DNA of 64,000 nt. Origin: an uncultured Piscirickettsiaceae bacterium. GTDB lineage: Bacteria; Pseudomonadota; Gammaproteobacteria; PS1; Pseudothioglobaceae. The stretch covers positions 4,380 to 68,379 of the forward strand of contig CAZYIW010000003.1 in NCBI GenBank assembly GCA_964647705.1, given 5' to 3'. Shown here in pieces: positions 54,746 to 63,656 of this stretch (the first letter of the stretch is position 1; each line of letters opens with the position of its first letter). The notes under the pieces were generated by a model. That model was not told the DNA's origin. It was given only the letters and a program-made list of their open reading frames with translations, and did not search any database. A program made the translations under genes and the position numbers.

Positions 54746-55702
54746 TTGTTCAATTTTTTTAAAAAAAACAAATCTGACTCATTAGATACCCCAGAGAAAA
54801 AATCCGAATCTCTCAAACAACGACTGGTTAAATCCAGACAAAAACTGGGTGAAGGTCTATCGTCTTTATTGTTGGGTAAGAAAACCATTGATGAAGAATT
54901 GCTAGATGAGATAGAGACATTACTCATTAGTGCCGATGTGGGCATCAATACCACTGATAAAGTTTTAGAATCGGTAAGAAAAAATGCCTCTCGAAAAACA
55001 CTAAAAGACACCGACGGTTTGTATTTGTTTCTCAAACAAGAACTGACCAAACTTTTAATTGAAGGTGAAACACTAAGCCTTCCTCAGGATAAAACGTTTG
55101 TGATTTTAGTAGTGGGTGTGAACGGCGCCGGTAAAACCACCACCATTGGCAAAATGGCAAAGGCCTTCCAAAACCAAGGAAAGTCTGTGATGCTCGCAGC
55201 CGGTGATACTTTTCGTGCAGCTGCTGTTGAGCAGTTAAAAATCTGGGGTCAGCGTAATGACATTGCCGTGGTAGCACAAAGCACTGGCGCTGATGCTGCC
55301 TCAGTTGTTTATGATGCTTACCAATCAGCAAAAGCCAAAAATATTGATATTTTGATTGCCGACACTGCAGGTCGTTTGCACACACAAGGTAATTTGATGC
55401 AAGAACTGGAAAAAATCAAACGTGTGTTAAAAAAACACGATGAAGACGCTCCGCAAGAAACCATGCTCGTTATCGATGGTGGATCTGGACAAAACGCCAT
55501 TAATCAAGCAAAAGAATTTAACAAAGCCATTGGTTTAAATAGTATTAGTATTACCAAATTAGATGGCACGGCCAAAGGTGGTGTTGTGTTTGCAATCTGT
55601 GATGAGTTGAAATTACCTATTCGTTTCGTTGGTGTTGGTGAGGGTATTGAAGATTTAAGACCTTTTGTGGCAAAAAATTTTGTTGACGCGCTATTTGAAT
55701 AG
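54746..55702 (+). CDS. ftsY: Signal recognition particle receptor FtsY (short form)
   Basis: It has the NG domain (VGVNGAGKTTTIGK, DTAGRL, TKLDGTAKGG) and the N-terminal amphipathic MFNFFKK. A TTG start is required because there is no in-frame ATG for more than 130 codons. Confidence 0.93.
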   Translation: MFNFFKKNKSDSLDTPEKKSESLKQRLVKSRQKLGEGLSSLLLGKKTIDEELLDEIETLLISADVGINTTDKVLESVRKNASRKTLKDTDGLYLFLKQELTKLLIEGETLSLPQDKTFVILVVGVNGAGKTTTIGKMAKAFQNQGKSVMLAAGDTFRAAAVEQLKIWGQRNDIAVVAQSTGADAASVVYDAYQSAKAKNIDILIADTAGRLHTQGNLMQELEKIKRVLKKHDEDAPQETMLVIDGGSGQNAINQAKEFNKAIGLNSISITKLDGTAKGGVVFAICDELKLPIRFVGVGEGIEDLRPFVAKNFVDALFE

Positions 55703-55735
55703 CGTTATCATTTTGAACTCATTTAGGGGGTTTAT

Positions 55736-56242
55736 ATGCAAAAATTAGTTTTAACTTTATTTTCGTTATTATTCAGCTTCTCTGTTTTTGCTCAGACCTC
55801 AGATCAATCTTTCTTTGATCAACACTTTAATGACTATGCTGAGAATACTGCCGATGCTCAAGATGCGGGCAAAGATGGGGTATTTTTATTCTTCTTTATG
55901 GATGACTGCCCTTTTTGCCAAAAAATGGAGCGCAGTGTTCTCACTCAAAAAGACGTGATCGATTATTTTAAAAAGCATTTTCTAAACTATAAAGTTGATA
56001 CAGAATCAAGCATTGAAATGGTTGATTTTCAGGGTAACGACACCACTGAGAAAATTTTTTCCACAAGACATAATCTGGTTGGTGCCACACCGGTTTTGGC
56101 TTTTTTTGATTTAGAGGGTAATCGCGTGGTTAGACGCACCGGCTTTGCCAATAAAGATGAATTTTTACTATTGGCACGTTACATGGTAGACAAAGCCTAT
56201 TTAAAAGAAAATTTTGTTCGATACAAGCGAAAAAATAGATGA
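55736..56242 (+). CDS. Secreted thioredoxin-fold protein with a CPFC motif
   Basis: It has a signal peptide (...FSVFA-QT) and GVFLFFFMDDCPFCQKME, followed by ...ATPVLAFFDLEGN (the cis-Pro region of a Trx fold). It is a paralogue of 60865-61344. Confidence 0.75.
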   Translation: MQKLVLTLFSLLFSFSVFAQTSDQSFFDQHFNDYAENTADAQDAGKDGVFLFFFMDDCPFCQKMERSVLTQKDVIDYFKKHFLNYKVDTESSIEMVDFQGNDTTEKIFSTRHNLVGATPVLAFFDLEGNRVVRRTGFANKDEFLLLARYMVDKAYLKENFVRYKRKNR

Positions 56243-57492
56243 AAAAACCCTTAATTATCGCCTTAGCTGCTGTGTCTGTTCATCTGCAGGCGCAAACCCT
56301 ACCAAACCCATTGACTTTGGGTCATGCATTAGAGGTTTCAAAAACACAAAACCTTTTACAAAAACAACAGCAAATTGATGTGGACTTATCCCAATCTCGC
56401 CTTGCTCAACTTGATGATGCCTACAAAACTCAGGCCAAGCTTGATTTTCAGTTGGCCAAGCGTGCTGAATTTAGTGATGGTACCAATAACTCGCATGCTT
56501 TTTTGCACCTATCACAAGTCTTATTTGATCAAAACACCGAAATACAACAACACGATAAACAAAGTGCTTTAGCCACTGAGAAATTTAAGCTCAAACAACT
56601 CCAAACAGAAAAACAAGTTGCTGTTATGCGCGCTTTTTTTGATGTGGTTCTGGCCGATATGCGGTATGAGACAATATTAGAAGAATTGGCGATTTCTGCC
56701 ATTCGAGAGGGTCGCATCAGGGATGATTATGATATGCAATATGCCTCAGAAGTGGCTTTGCTTGAAAAACAAACTCAAACACAAATCAATGTTGGCAAAC
56801 GTATTGAAGCAGAAGCCGAGCAAATTACAACGCGTGCAAAGCTTGCACAAGTGTTAGGCATTGCCTATGAAAACAGGCCCGATGATTTAGTCAAACCCAG
56901 TTTTAAGCATTTATTTGATAAACAGCTTGATGAATTTGAGGCTTGGCAAGCTAAGTTACTAAAGAAAAACCCAGATCTATTGGATATGGAGCGAGTACTG
57001 GCCAGCTTGAAAAAACAAAGACAAGATGAACTGGACAACCGAGAAATTCTAATCAGTTCCAATGCCAGATTGGGTGAGCAGGGTTATCAACGAGATAAAA
57101 ATGGCAAATGGCGATTGGGTCTTAACTTGAGTATGCCTTTAGGGCAGAGCGATAAACAAAAAAGAAAAGTGGCCGAGTTGGCATTGAACATTAAAAAACA
57201 ACAACTGGCCATAGAACAATTTAGAGAAAAAATCAACCAACAAGCTTTAGCATATTGGCTTAAATTAAGAACACTTAAACAACTGAACAAATCTTTGGTC
57301 ATTGAATTGGACTATCGTGATCTTTATCTTGAAAAGGCGCGTGCCAATTATGAGATGCAAATCAAAAGTGACATTGGTTTCGCGATGACTAATTACACCG
57401 ACAGTGAATGGAAGTTGGCTAAAAATGAATTTGATTACGTAATCACATTGGCTAAGCTTAAACAATTAGTAGGAGAAGAACATGAACTTTAA
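56239..57492 (+). CDS. TolC-family outer-membrane efflux protein (OMF)
   Basis: 417 aa with a signal peptide and two repeats of long coiled-coil/beta segments typical of OEP proteins. It shares an ATGA overlap with the Trx-like gene. Confidence 0.75.
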   Translation: MKKPLIIALAAVSVHLQAQTLPNPLTLGHALEVSKTQNLLQKQQQIDVDLSQSRLAQLDDAYKTQAKLDFQLAKRAEFSDGTNNSHAFLHLSQVLFDQNTEIQQHDKQSALATEKFKLKQLQTEKQVAVMRAFFDVVLADMRYETILEELAISAIREGRIRDDYDMQYASEVALLEKQTQTQINVGKRIEAEAEQITTRAKLAQVLGIAYENRPDDLVKPSFKHLFDKQLDEFEAWQAKLLKKNPDLLDMERVLASLKKQRQDELDNREILISSNARLGEQGYQRDKNGKWRLGLNLSMPLGQSDKQKRKVAELALNIKKQQLAIEQFREKINQQALAYWLKLRTLKQLNKSLVIELDYRDLYLEKARANYEMQIKSDIGFAMTNYTDSEWKLAKNEFDYVITLAKLKQLVGEEHEL

Positions 57493-57961
57493 ATCGATTA
57501 TCTTTTGGACAATGCTCTTGCCCACTTATGCACTAGGATTGGAGGTTTATCCTCAAGTATCAGGCACTATCACCTCAATTAAATCAATTGGCGATACCAT
57601 CAATACAGGCGATGTCATAGCGCAGATTGATAACCGCCAAGCCAAACTTGATCTTAAACACCTAGAAGTGTTGCAAAGTGTAAAGCAACAAGAATTTGAC
57701 GATAAAAAATTAGAGCTTCAACAAACCCAAGAATTATATGACCGTATGGTCTCATCACTGCGCGATTTAGATTTAGCAAAAATGGCATTTGACAAAGCCA
57801 AAAGAGAGCTCGATGCACACAACCTCAAGATTGAGATTGCAAAAATAGAGCTGGAAAAATACACAATTAAATCGCCCATTTCGGGCACTGTTAAGGCATT
57901 ACCAAATGCCCGAAACGTGGTTAGTAAGTGTGCACCCAAAGTGCTAATGATAGTTGAATAA
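57482..57961 (+). CDS. Mini HlyD/MFP-type periplasmic adaptor (lipoyl domain + alpha-hairpin only)
   Basis: 159 aa with a signal peptide. Lipoyl half 1 is VYPQVSGTITSIKSIGDTINTGDVIAQID. A ~75-aa coiled-coil hairpin follows, then lipoyl half 2 IKSPISGTVKAL and the stop. There are no beta-barrel or membrane-proximal domains. It overlaps the TolC-like gene by 11 nt. Confidence 0.65.
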   Translation: MNFKSIIFWTMLLPTYALGLEVYPQVSGTITSIKSIGDTINTGDVIAQIDNRQAKLDLKHLEVLQSVKQQEFDDKKLELQQTQELYDRMVSSLRDLDLAKMAFDKAKRELDAHNLKIEIAKIELEKYTIKSPISGTVKALPNARNVVSKCAPKVLMIVE

Positions 57962-57963
57962 AC

Positions 57964-58950
57964 TCACTCGTTAGTAATTACCATTTTGCCAATCATAGAT
58001 CCTTTTTCAATCAGCTCATGTGCTTGATTGATGTTGTCTATATTAATTGGACTTAAGATTTGCCCTAGCGTGGTTTGAATCTCACCAGCATCAACCAAAG
58101 ATGCTACTTTTTCTAAAATCTCATGTTGTTTGATCATGTCATCGGTTTTAAACATGGGGCGTGCAAACATAAACTCCCAAACAAAACCCGCACTTTTGTT
58201 TTTTAGCAAATTCAAATCATAATCTCGCCCAGCAGTAGGCAATACACAAATCAAACCTTGTGGTGCTATCAGCTCTGCCATGGTTTCAAAATAAATATCT
58301 GGATGCCCCATACACAGAATAAAATTAGGTACTTTAAGGTTTTTTTCTTGAAATTGCGAAGGCAGGTCTTTGTGATCAAAAACCACATCTGCACCCATCT
58401 TTTTACACCAATCTTGACTCTCACTGCGTGAAGCAGTTGCCACTACTTTCATGCCGATGACTTTTTTTGCCAGTTGCGTGGCAATTGAACCCACACCGCC
58501 TGCAGCACCAATAAGCAATAATGTTTTGTCTTTGTCGTTTTGCCCAAGCCGTAAACGATCAAACAACGACTCCCATGCGGTGATTGCTGTTAGTGGCAGT
58601 GCAGCAGACTGATTGAAATCTAATGATTTTGGTTTGTGTCCCACAATACGCTCATCAACCAGTTGGTGTGTGGCGTTTGAACCCTCACGCGTTACATCTC
58701 CAGCATAGAACACTTGATCTCCAGTCTTGAACTGGGTCACCTTATCACCCACTGCCACCACCACACCACTGGCATCATAGCCTAGTACTTTGGATGTTTT
58801 ATCTTCTGGAGCAATGGTTTGACGTATTTTGGTGTCAATTGGGTTAACAGAGATTGCCTTTATCTCAACCAGTAAATCAAAGCCCTTTGGCAATGGCGTA
58901 TTGTGATTACTTTGAATGAACTCTGTGCCATTAAAAGCAATAGATTGCAT
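57964..58950 (-). CDS. Zinc-type alcohol dehydrogenase-like / quinone oxidoreductase (MDR superfamily)
   Basis: It has a GroES-like N-domain (LVEIKAISVNPIDTK) and the Rossmann motif LLIGAAGGVGSIATQLAK. I prefer the start MQSIAFNG at 58950. The ORF extends to 58974. Confidence 0.85.
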   Translation of the reverse strand: MQSIAFNGTEFIQSNHNTPLPKGFDLLVEIKAISVNPIDTKIRQTIAPEDKTSKVLGYDASGVVVAVGDKVTQFKTGDQVFYAGDVTREGSNATHQLVDERIVGHKPKSLDFNQSAALPLTAITAWESLFDRLRLGQNDKDKTLLLIGAAGGVGSIATQLAKKVIGMKVVATASRSESQDWCKKMGADVVFDHKDLPSQFQEKNLKVPNFILCMGHPDIYFETMAELIAPQGLICVLPTAGRDYDLNLLKNKSAGFVWEFMFARPMFKTDDMIKQHEILEKVASLVDAGEIQTTLGQILSPINIDNINQAHELIEKGSMIGKMVITNE

Positions 58951-58951
58951 G

Positions 58952-59632
58952 CTATCGACGGGTGTTTTGTTCAATACGAAACATGACTAACATCATTACA
59001 AACATAATAAAAATACCCAGTAAGCCAAAGGCCATACCTAATGTCATATAGCCTGTTGCACGCTGGTTTTGTATGTTATTCATCTCAATTAGATTAGCCT
59101 GAGTTTGTTGCTCAACTTGTAGGGCAAACTCTTTATCGTGCCACTTAATAAAATCATCAATGTTGGTTTTATCGCCGCCCACATTCACCAATTGTCTGGT
59201 GAGTTTTGCCAATGATTGTGCATAAGACAATTGCAGATCTTGTTTATAAGGATTAGATTTAATCTTAATCAAAATTTTTACTTTTTGTGCCATGCCATCC
59301 TTATTAATCACTTCATCTGGCAATTGTGATAAATTTTTAACAATTTGATCAACCGATTGTTCAAAGGCTTTATCAAATTCGTTGTTGTCTTTATTTGTAT
59401 CCAAAGACTGTTGTATTTTTTGTTCTTCTGGCAAGTCATTTTCAGCGCTAATAGGATTTTGGTAATCAGCCAGTTTGATAATCGGTGGTTCAATCTCATC
59501 GTTGGCCTCAGCCATAATATTCTCATAGCTGATATAAGCAAAAATAACCACTGCTATGAATGCCGCAATGGCAAAAGTTAAACTGATTTTTTGCACAATG
59601 GCAAAAAAACCTCTTTCAATAAATCGTTGCAT
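58952..59632 (-). CDS. Hypothetical bitopic membrane protein (TM at each end), unknown family
   Basis: 226 aa with an N-terminal TM segment (LTFAIAAFIAVVIFAYI), an acidic/Gln-rich middle and a C-terminal TM segment (LGMAFGLLGIFIMFVMMLVMF). It is tightly packed between phhB and the MDR gene. Confidence 0.55.
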   Translation of the reverse strand: MQRFIERGFFAIVQKISLTFAIAAFIAVVIFAYISYENIMAEANDEIEPPIIKLADYQNPISAENDLPEEQKIQQSLDTNKDNNEFDKAFEQSVDQIVKNLSQLPDEVINKDGMAQKVKILIKIKSNPYKQDLQLSYAQSLAKLTRQLVNVGGDKTNIDDFIKWHDKEFALQVEQQTQANLIEMNNIQNQRATGYMTLGMAFGLLGIFIMFVMMLVMFRIEQNTRR

Positions 59633-59635
59633 TGT

Positions 59636-59926
59636 CTATCCTGTTGTTTTAATTTTTTCGAAAATTTGGCTGATTTGGGTTGCCAGTGTCACATCAAGTT
59701 GGGTAATTCTCCCCTCGCTGTGAGTAATCAAATCAATTGATACGGTTTTGTAAACATTAGACCACTCAGGGTGGTGATTCATCTTCTCTGCCACAATGGC
59801 CACTTGCGCCATAAAACCAAATGCTTGAGTAAAATCAGACAAAGTAAAGTCTTGGTGTAATTTTCCATCTTCGATACTCCAGCCGCTCAGTTGTTCGAGT
59901 GTATTTGGATCGATTGTTGTCATCAT
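59636..59926 (-). CDS. phhB: Pterin-4-alpha-carbinolamine dehydratase
   Basis: [32 protein letters not shown] matches the PCD signature [DE]x3HHPx5[YW]x9Hx8D. Confidence 0.9.
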   Translation of the reverse strand: MMTTIDPNTLEQLSGWSIEDGKLHQDFTLSDFTQAFGFMAQVAIVAEKMNHHPEWSNVYKTVSIDLITHSEGRITQLDVTLATQISQIFEKIKTTG

Positions 59927-60841
59927 TTAACCCTGCAGTATTTCTTTGGCGCCAAGATTTAACATCTTTTCAGCCAATTCAGTGCCCAGTGTCTCAGCCT
60001 GTACTCTATCGCCAATAATCGTCTCTTTAATCATTTTTCCAGAGTCAATATTACCAACCATCCCTGTGAGCTCGATTTGATCGCCATCCAAAGTGGCAAA
60101 ACCGGCAATCGGCACCGAACACCCTCCTTCTAGGCGTGTATTCATGGCCCTTTCAGCCAAAACTCTGTCGGTGGTGTCTTTGTCAATCAGTGGTTTAATG
60201 AGATCTCTCACAACCTCATCTTGTGCTCTGATTTCGATACCCACCGCGCCTTGACCAACTGCAGGCAAAGAAAGATTTGCTGGTATTTGCTGCTTAATAC
60301 GATGCTCAAAACCCAAACGAATTAGCCCAGCACAAGCAAGAATGATTGCGTCATATTCGCCATCATCAAGCTTTTTAAGTCGGGTATTGACATTACCTCG
60401 TAAATCCAAAATCTGCAAATCATCTCGCTTGTGTTTAAGCTGCACGATACGACGCATTGAACAAGTCCCTACACGCGCACCTTGTGGCAAATCTTCGATA
60501 CTTTGATAATGGTTGGAAACAAAGGCATCGAATGGGTTTTCACGCTCAAGTATGGCCCCTAATTCAAAACCTTGCGGAATCTCATAAGGCACATCTTTCA
60601 TTGAATGCACTGCAATATCGGCCTTGCCTTCTAACATACCCACTTCAAGCTCTTTGATAAACAAGCCTTTACCACCAATTTTTGACAAAGGAGAATTTAG
60701 AATTTGATCACCTTGTGTGCTCATCTTAACCAGCTCAACCTTTAGCTCAGGATGGACTTTTTCTAAGCGCGACTGAACATGCTCTGCTTGCCATAAAGCA
60801 AGCGGGCTTTTGCGTGTTGCAATTTTCAAGGTTTTATTCAT
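59927..60841 (-). CDS. hemC: Hydroxymethylbilane synthase (porphobilinogen deaminase)
   Basis: It has [32 protein letters not shown] and the dipyrromethane Cys region GGCSVPIA. Confidence 0.97.
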   Translation of the reverse strand: MNKTLKIATRKSPLALWQAEHVQSRLEKVHPELKVELVKMSTQGDQILNSPLSKIGGKGLFIKELEVGMLEGKADIAVHSMKDVPYEIPQGFELGAILERENPFDAFVSNHYQSIEDLPQGARVGTCSMRRIVQLKHKRDDLQILDLRGNVNTRLKKLDDGEYDAIILACAGLIRLGFEHRIKQQIPANLSLPAVGQGAVGIEIRAQDEVVRDLIKPLIDKDTTDRVLAERAMNTRLEGGCSVPIAGFATLDGDQIELTGMVGNIDSGKMIKETIIGDRVQAETLGTELAEKMLNLGAKEILQG

Positions 60842-60864
60842 AGTTTGAGATTAAAATAAGGCGA

Positions 60865-61344
60865 ATGATTCGGTTCTATCTATTGCTTTTTACGCTATTT
60901 GCTTCCCCAATTTTTGCGGATGAATTGACCTTGCCTCCGGCAAAAGATTTTTTCATGGACGCACAACAAGTTTGGAAAAATAAAACTCCCATTTTAATAA
61001 TGTTTTCAATTCCTGATTGTGCATTCTGCAAAAAAGTTAAGGAAGATGTCATCTCTCCTATGGCAGAGTTGAAAGAATATAACGATAAAATTATCATTCG
61101 CCATATTGATGCCAATAGTTTTGATGAGGTGAACAATTTTTTTAATGAAGAGGTCTCACACAACGAATTTGCTTTTAACTATGCTGTTAGCTTTTTTCCT
61201 ACCGTTATATTGGTCGATCAATACGGCTCCACATTAGACAAAGTAATAGGCGTTGTAAATGAAGATTATTATTGGACTGACTTAGATAAAGTAATTGATA
61301 AGTCAATAAACAAACTTAAAAAACAGATGGATGCTAAACTATGA
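60865..61344 (+). CDS. Secreted thioredoxin-fold protein with a CAFC motif (paralogue of 55736-56242)
   Basis: It has a signal peptide, [18 protein letters not shown] and ...[13 protein letters not shown]. It shares an ATGA overlap with argH. Confidence 0.7.
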   Translation: MIRFYLLLFTLFASPIFADELTLPPAKDFFMDAQQVWKNKTPILIMFSIPDCAFCKKVKEDVISPMAELKEYNDKIIIRHIDANSFDEVNNFFNEEVSHNEFAFNYAVSFFPTVILVDQYGSTLDKVIGVVNEDYYWTDLDKVIDKSINKLKKQMDAKL

Positions 61345-62726
61345 CTATGAAAACTAATCAATCTTGGGGTGGGCGCTTTTCACAGCCAACCGATGAATTT
61401 GTCAAAATTTTTGGTGCATCAGTGTTTTTTGACAAAATCCTCGCCCCTTACGACATTCAAGGCTCTATTGCTCACGCAACAATGTTGGGTGAGGTAGGTA
61501 TTATTACTCAAAAGGACGTTAAAAAAATTACTAAAGGTCTCGAGCAAGTCTTATCAGAAATTGAAAGTGGAGATTTTAATTGGTCGGCTGATCTTGAAGA
61601 TGTGCACATGAACATTGAAGCGCGTTTGGTTGAGATTTGTGGTGATGCTGGCAAAAAACTCCACACGGGTCGCTCACGAAACGACCAAGTCGCCACCGAT
61701 GTGCGTCTTTATTTGCGTGATCAAATCGACACCATTGCCAATGAACTTAAACGTCTACAATTGGCTCTTTTGGACTTAGCTGAGCAAGAGGCAAGTACCA
61801 TCATGCCTGGCTTTACCCATTTACAAGCTGCACAACCGATTAGCTTTGGCCATCATATGATGGCTTATTTTGAAATGCTCTCACGTGATGCATCTCGCCT
61901 TGTACAGGTTCGTCAACGCACTAATGTGATGCCACTTGGTAGTGCTGCTTTGGCTGGTACTACTTATCCGATTAACCGTGAACGTAGCGCAGAGTTATTA
62001 GGCTTTGATCATGCGAGTGCCAACTCATTAGACGCGGTCAGTGATCGAGATTTTGCCATTGAATTTTTAGCAACCAGTAGCATGATTATGATGCATCTGT
62101 CACGCTTTTCAGAAGAGTTGATTCTGTGGTCCTCAGCACAATTTGATTTTGTAGAGCTTTCTGATAGTTTTTGCACCGGTTCTTCCATCATGCCGCAAAA
62201 GAAAAATCCCGATGTACCAGAATTGATTCGTGGAAAAACTGCGCGTGTTTACGGCAACTTAAATGCTTTATTAACTTTGATGAAATCACAACCACTGGCT
62301 TACAACAAAGACAATCAAGAAGACAAAGAACCTTTATTTGACACGGTCAATACGCTTGGGGCTTGTTTGCGTGTGTTTGCTGACATGGTGCCCAACATTG
62401 AAGTCAAACGTGACAACCTCTATCGCTCGTGCAAAAAAGGCTACACCACTGCCACAGATTTGGCCGATTACTTGGTGCAAAAAGGCAAACCTTTTCGTGA
62501 TGCACACGAAGTGGTTGGTAAGGCCGTTTCATATGGCATTGAACACCAAAAAGATTTATCAGAGATGGATTTATCCGAACTTCAAGTATTTGATCAAAGC
62601 ATTGAAAATGATGTGTTTGATGTGTTGTCATTGGAAGGTTCACTGTGTGCACGTAACCACATAGGCGGTACCGCGCCAGAACAGGTTAAAAAAGCCATTC
62701 AAAATGCCAGAGATTCACTTAGCTAA
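61341..62726 (+). CDS. argH: Argininosuccinate lyase
   Basis: It has [24 protein letters not shown] and the fumarate-lyase signature [12 protein letters not shown]. Confidence 0.97.
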   Translation: MTMKTNQSWGGRFSQPTDEFVKIFGASVFFDKILAPYDIQGSIAHATMLGEVGIITQKDVKKITKGLEQVLSEIESGDFNWSADLEDVHMNIEARLVEICGDAGKKLHTGRSRNDQVATDVRLYLRDQIDTIANELKRLQLALLDLAEQEASTIMPGFTHLQAAQPISFGHHMMAYFEMLSRDASRLVQVRQRTNVMPLGSAALAGTTYPINRERSAELLGFDHASANSLDAVSDRDFAIEFLATSSMIMMHLSRFSEELILWSSAQFDFVELSDSFCTGSSIMPQKKNPDVPELIRGKTARVYGNLNALLTLMKSQPLAYNKDNQEDKEPLFDTVNTLGACLRVFADMVPNIEVKRDNLYRSCKKGYTTATDLADYLVQKGKPFRDAHEVVGKAVSYGIEHQKDLSEMDLSELQVFDQSIENDVFDVLSLEGSLCARNHIGGTAPEQVKKAIQNARDSLS

Positions 62727-63656
62727 ATGCGCATTATTTTCGCAGGCACTCCGGACTTTGCCACCCATGTCCTTCAACGGATTATTTCTTCCAACCATGA
62801 AATTGTTGGCGTTTTCTGTCAGCCCGATCGCCCAAAAGGCCGTGGTAAAGTTCTAACACCCTGCTCCGTTAAAATCGAAGCTGAAGCGCACAATTTAGAA
62901 ATCTTTCAGCCATTGAGTCTAAAAGATGGTGATATCCAGGCAGAGATCAAAAACCTTCAGGCGGATGTAATGGTGGTGGTCGCTTATGGGCAAATACTAC
63001 CCAAAACAGTGCTGGATATACCCAAATACGGTTGCCTAAATATTCATGCATCACTATTGCCCAGATGGCGAGGCGCTGCCCCTATCCAGCGTGCAATACT
63101 TGCAGGGGATAAAACCACAGGTGTTGGCATTATGCAAATGGATGAGGGATTAGATACAGGCGATGTACTTTTGGAAAAATCACTCAATATTTCAGATAAT
63201 GACACTGCACAAACACTCCATGACAAACTGGCCAATCTAGGCGCTGATGCCATTAATGAGGCTTTAAACAACCTTGCAACCCTCAAACCCACGCCACAAA
63301 GTAGCGATGGCATTACTTATGCGCAAAAACTCAGCAAAGGTGAGGCATGGATAGATTGGAGTGAATCTGCTGTAAAAATCAATCAACAAATTCGTGCGTT
63401 CAACCCTTACCCCATTGCACAAACCCATGCAACGAGCAACAAATTTGAGTCTAAGGTGCTTCGAATACTCTCAGCAAATCCTATCGGTAAGACTTATAAT
63501 CAAAAACCAGGCGAAGTCATTGACTGTACAAAAGGTGAATGCCTAATTGCCACCGGTGATGGTGCATTGAGTTTAGAGACAGTGCAGTTGGCTGGAAAAA
63601 AAGCAATTAGTATCAAAGATTTCAACAACGCTTATCAATTAACTAGACTGGAATAG
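62727..63656 (+). CDS. fmt: Methionyl-tRNA formyltransferase
   Basis: It has MRIIFAGTPDFA, QPDRP.GRG and NIHASLLPRWRGAAPIQRAI.AGD..TG, plus the C-terminal OB-like domain. Confidence 0.96.
   Translation: MRIIFAGTPDFATHVLQRIISSNHEIVGVFCQPDRPKGRGKVLTPCSVKIEAEAHNLEIFQPLSLKDGDIQAEIKNLQADVMVVVAYGQILPKTVLDIPKYGCLNIHASLLPRWRGAAPIQRAILAGDKTTGVGIMQMDEGLDTGDVLLEKSLNISDNDTAQTLHDKLANLGADAINEALNNLATLKPTPQSSDGITYAQKLSKGEAWIDWSESAVKINQQIRAFNPYPIAQTHATSNKFESKVLRILSANPIGKTYNQKPGEVIDCTKGECLIATGDGALSLETVQLAGKKAISIKDFNNAYQLTRLE

Noticed and set aside
57482-57961. I considered annotating the mini adaptor as a pseudogene fragment.
   Set aside because: The ORF has its own SD, a signal peptide and an intact lipoyl-hairpin-lipoyl unit, and it ends at a domain boundary. 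I kept it as a CDS and state the truncation-relic alternative in the finding.
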